Source of the DNA: Eledone cirrhosa
Lineage: Eukaryota
Direction of reading: 5' to 3'
Assembly: GCA_964016885.1 (NCBI GenBank)
Contig: CAXHJY010001599.1
Coordinates: forward strand, 1-64,000
DNA length: 64,000 nucleotides
A model generated the notes under the pieces. That model saw only the letters and a list, made by a program, of their open reading frames with translations. It was not told where the DNA came from and ran no database searches. Shown here piece after piece: positions 61,040-64,000 of this stretch. The translations under genes and the position numbers were made by a program. The first letter of the stretch is position 1. Each line of letters starts with the position of its first letter.

Positions 61040-61367
61040 TATTATTATTATTATTATTATTGTTCTTTCAGTCTCAGTCATTGATGTTATTTAACTGGAA
61101 AGTTTGTTGAAATGAATATCAAGCCGCTACCTGCAGCCTCAGATATTCAGGACGTATCGTAGGATTCTTGCTGTTCCCAGCAAGCATGCATTTTAAAGTG
61201 TTCCAAAAAGCGGAGCTGGACTAATCTTCTTTAACCATCCTTGGAAACTCTTTGAGATAGTACCTAGTGCGCCTATGACAATCGGGACGACCTTGATTTC
61301 ATGGCAGTTCCAAATCCTTTTTAACGCCCACTTTAAGTCCTGGTATCGGTTAATTTTCTCCCTCTCC
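61040..61367 (-). mobile_element. R4/Dong-type 3' fragment ending in (AAT)n
   Basis: EREKINRYQDLKWALKRIWN..VVPIVIGALGTI..LLGTARILRYVL*, followed by a short UTR and (AAT)n. Confidence 0.8.
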
Positions 61368-61927
61368 TATTATTTTAAGCACTTAATTAAAATCCTACAG
61401 AAATTGACGTTGTCATTTATCCGAGGTTGATAAAATAACTACCAGTCAAGTATTGTTCTCGATATAATCAACTGGTCCCTTCCCCTCGTTTCCCACATAT
61501 CTGAAACATATATGTGCTGTTCTCTATTAGTCGGTTGTAATTTTAATTCCTCATTAGAAACTACATATGCTGGAAGTCAATCAGGAGTGACGTTTTAAAA
61601 GTAGCAGTTAATCTGTTTGCTCGAATCAGAGAACATAAAAGCATACTTCTTTAATATCTGTGGTTCTGGGACTTTGCTAGATTGTATTGGCAACAACGAA
61701 TATTATTTCAGCTAAATGTATTTTTTATTATTATAATTATATTTATTTAAACGCATCTGCAAGCGAAGTTGGTAAGAGATTTTGACAAAAGACAGCATGT
61801 CATTTATATGCGCGTCAAAGAATTAAACCAAAGTTTTATATACACATAAGGATGTGATACTTATACACAGGTATATGCGATATGTATATGTGGTCGTGTG
61901 TGTTCCTATATATATATATACACAGAG

Positions 61928-62129
<202 letters not shown>

Positions 62130-62213
62130 AGGTAATGAATTCTTTTACAATGGAATCAGCTCGAATGAGGAAAAAATATATATCCCATGAGCAGTTTCAT
62201 CACATACATATTA

Positions 62214-62263
<50 letters not shown>

Positions 62264-62270
<7 letters not shown>

Positions 62271-62595
62271 ATCAAAAGATGGTTAAAGGAGTTCCATATA
62301 TTTTATTATGCGCATTTCAAAAACAAACATCATCATGCAATAATATTTGTGTTTTCATCAGATAAAACAGGAGAACATGATATGAAGGCTAAAAAACACT
62401 TGTGGATAGTGCAGTTTTAAATCAACATATATGTTGATTTAAAACTGCACTATCCACAAGTGTTTTTTAGCCTTCATATCATGTTCTCCTGTTTTATTTG
62501 ATGAAAACACAAATATTATTGCATGATGATGTTTGTTTTTGAAATGCGCATAATAAAATATATGGAACTCCTTTAACCATCTTTTGATCTTATAT
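62264..62595. repeat. 332-bp spacerless palindrome carrying two family C hammerheads (62299-62369 minus; 62490-62560 plus)
   Basis: Centre at 62429/62430. Arm: TGTTTTAT-(C/T)TGATGA-long stem II-GAAA-TGCGCA-TA-ATAAAATA. Confidence 0.9.
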
Positions 62596-62681
62596 TATGC
62601 ATACTCCAGTCCTACAAACTGTAGAGTGCTTCTTATCCGATATCTGCATTGCTTTATTGTACTACAATAAAACTCACCTCC

Positions 62682-62741
<60 letters not shown>

Positions 62742-62750
62742 CGTATGTAA

Positions 62751-62786
<36 letters not shown>

Positions 62787-62788
<2 letters not shown>

Positions 62789-63020
62789 AGATTCTAGCTG
62801 AGTTCGGATCTAACTGTCAAAATGGCCGGAGCTCAGCCGTCAGGGTCCAGAATCTTTTCATATTACCCACCCTACTACCCTAAGTATTGAGTACTCTGGT
62901 GCGTTATGGTCCACCTGGTATCTTACCACACCCTCTTTGTTATAGCATGAAACTAATAATAATATCATTTGTACTGCCTCTTCGTTTTTCTGCTTTTTGT
63001 TCTCTGTTTACTTTTTTAAA

Positions 63021-63025
<5 letters not shown>
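62787..63025 (+). mobile_element. Diverged family B copy with extended 3' tail
   Basis: gagctcagccgtcagggtc..taagtattgagtactctggtgcgttatggtccacctggt, followed by gcatgaaactaataa..tgtactgcctct. Confidence 0.65.
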
Positions 63026-63054
<29 letters not shown>

Positions 63055-63169
63055 TTAAAAAAATATAGTTTTAAAAAAAAGTATATATATATATATACAC
63101 GAATGTAGAAGTTAATAAAATGATTTGAAGTGTTATTTTTCATTTTTCACCCAAATTAAAATTATTATG

Positions 63170-64000
63170 GTTTGTATTTTTTCATAAGCGATTAATACAT
63201 TGAGCGATTCCGCCCAGGTCACAGACTTATTTGGCCTATTCTTACTGCACAACCTACATAGGGCCTTCCTTTTCTCAAACGGTGATTTGTATAATGATGA
63301 TGCTCTCTTCACATTTAACTGCAATAATAGTAACATTGAAAGAACGAAAAGACATTTATAGGTTTTTTTAAAGATAATGGCTTAAGTATTAGGATAGATA
63401 TAAATAATAAAGTAGTTAACTTCCTAGTTGCTACCTTTGAACTATATACTGGGCTTTATAAAGCTTACCATTAACTAGGTGAGCACCTTTTCTATGTAAA
63501 TAACCTTTCAAACCACTCTAAATCAATACGTAAGTCTATAGTAAAACATGTACCTAATAGAATGTCTAGACTGTCCTCCATTAGAGTTATATTTAACCAA
63601 AATACAAAATATTACATTGAAGCATTAACTAGATCAATTTATAATGGAGAAATCCAATACAACAGATAAAAATAACTGTAGTAGGAACTCAAACATAATT
63701 ACTCACAGTAGCATATTACGCAAATCTAAATATAACCTTGATAGTTTACATAGCTTCAAACAAGGACCCCATCGAAAATATTAAATGCATTCGTACCTTC
63801 GGTGTAGTTATCTCTTTAAATGTGCAGCCAAGAGCTTACAAGCAGAGTACAATGGACCTCACTATTAGCAATGGAACATGAATTATAACCCATTGGAAAC
63901 AACGTGTCTGTTAAAACCTAGAGCATAGCTCACAAATCTGGACTCCTAGTAGTCCGTGCCTAACAAAACGATCAACTAAATACTTGAATTACTAGTAATG
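63170..64000 (+). pseudogene. Decayed Penelope-like reverse transcriptase, running off the window
   Basis: Hand translation: DSAQVTDLFGLFLL..GDLYNDDAL..DNGLSIRIDINNKVVNFL..TGLYKAY..SNH..RMSRLSS..FN..YYIEAL; stops and frameshifts. Confidence 0.7.

Overview
Eukaryotic, very AT-rich and microsatellite-dense DNA. The SINE families look like those of octopus, but that is recalled rather than searched. I see no intact host protein-coding gene, and most of the ORF track is (TA)n, (CA)n or (GGT)n translation noise. The window is a transposon graveyard: two Neptune-type Penelope-like (PLE) GIY-YIG fragments, a decayed PLE RT, an inverted RTE fragment, a near-full-length chimeric R4/Dong LINE, CRE and Tx1 remnants, two mariners (one Hsmar2-like), hAT/pogo MITEs and many tRNA-derived SINEs. 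The main signal is in the short 'unique' islands between (TA)n tracts. By eye I find about 16 minimal type-I hammerhead ribozyme motifs from about 6 sequence families, often in fold-back or convergent-pair arrangements. A further 7-copy fold-back family retains only the GAAA/stem III/GUC half of a hammerhead. All structures were paired by hand; no folding or database search was run.
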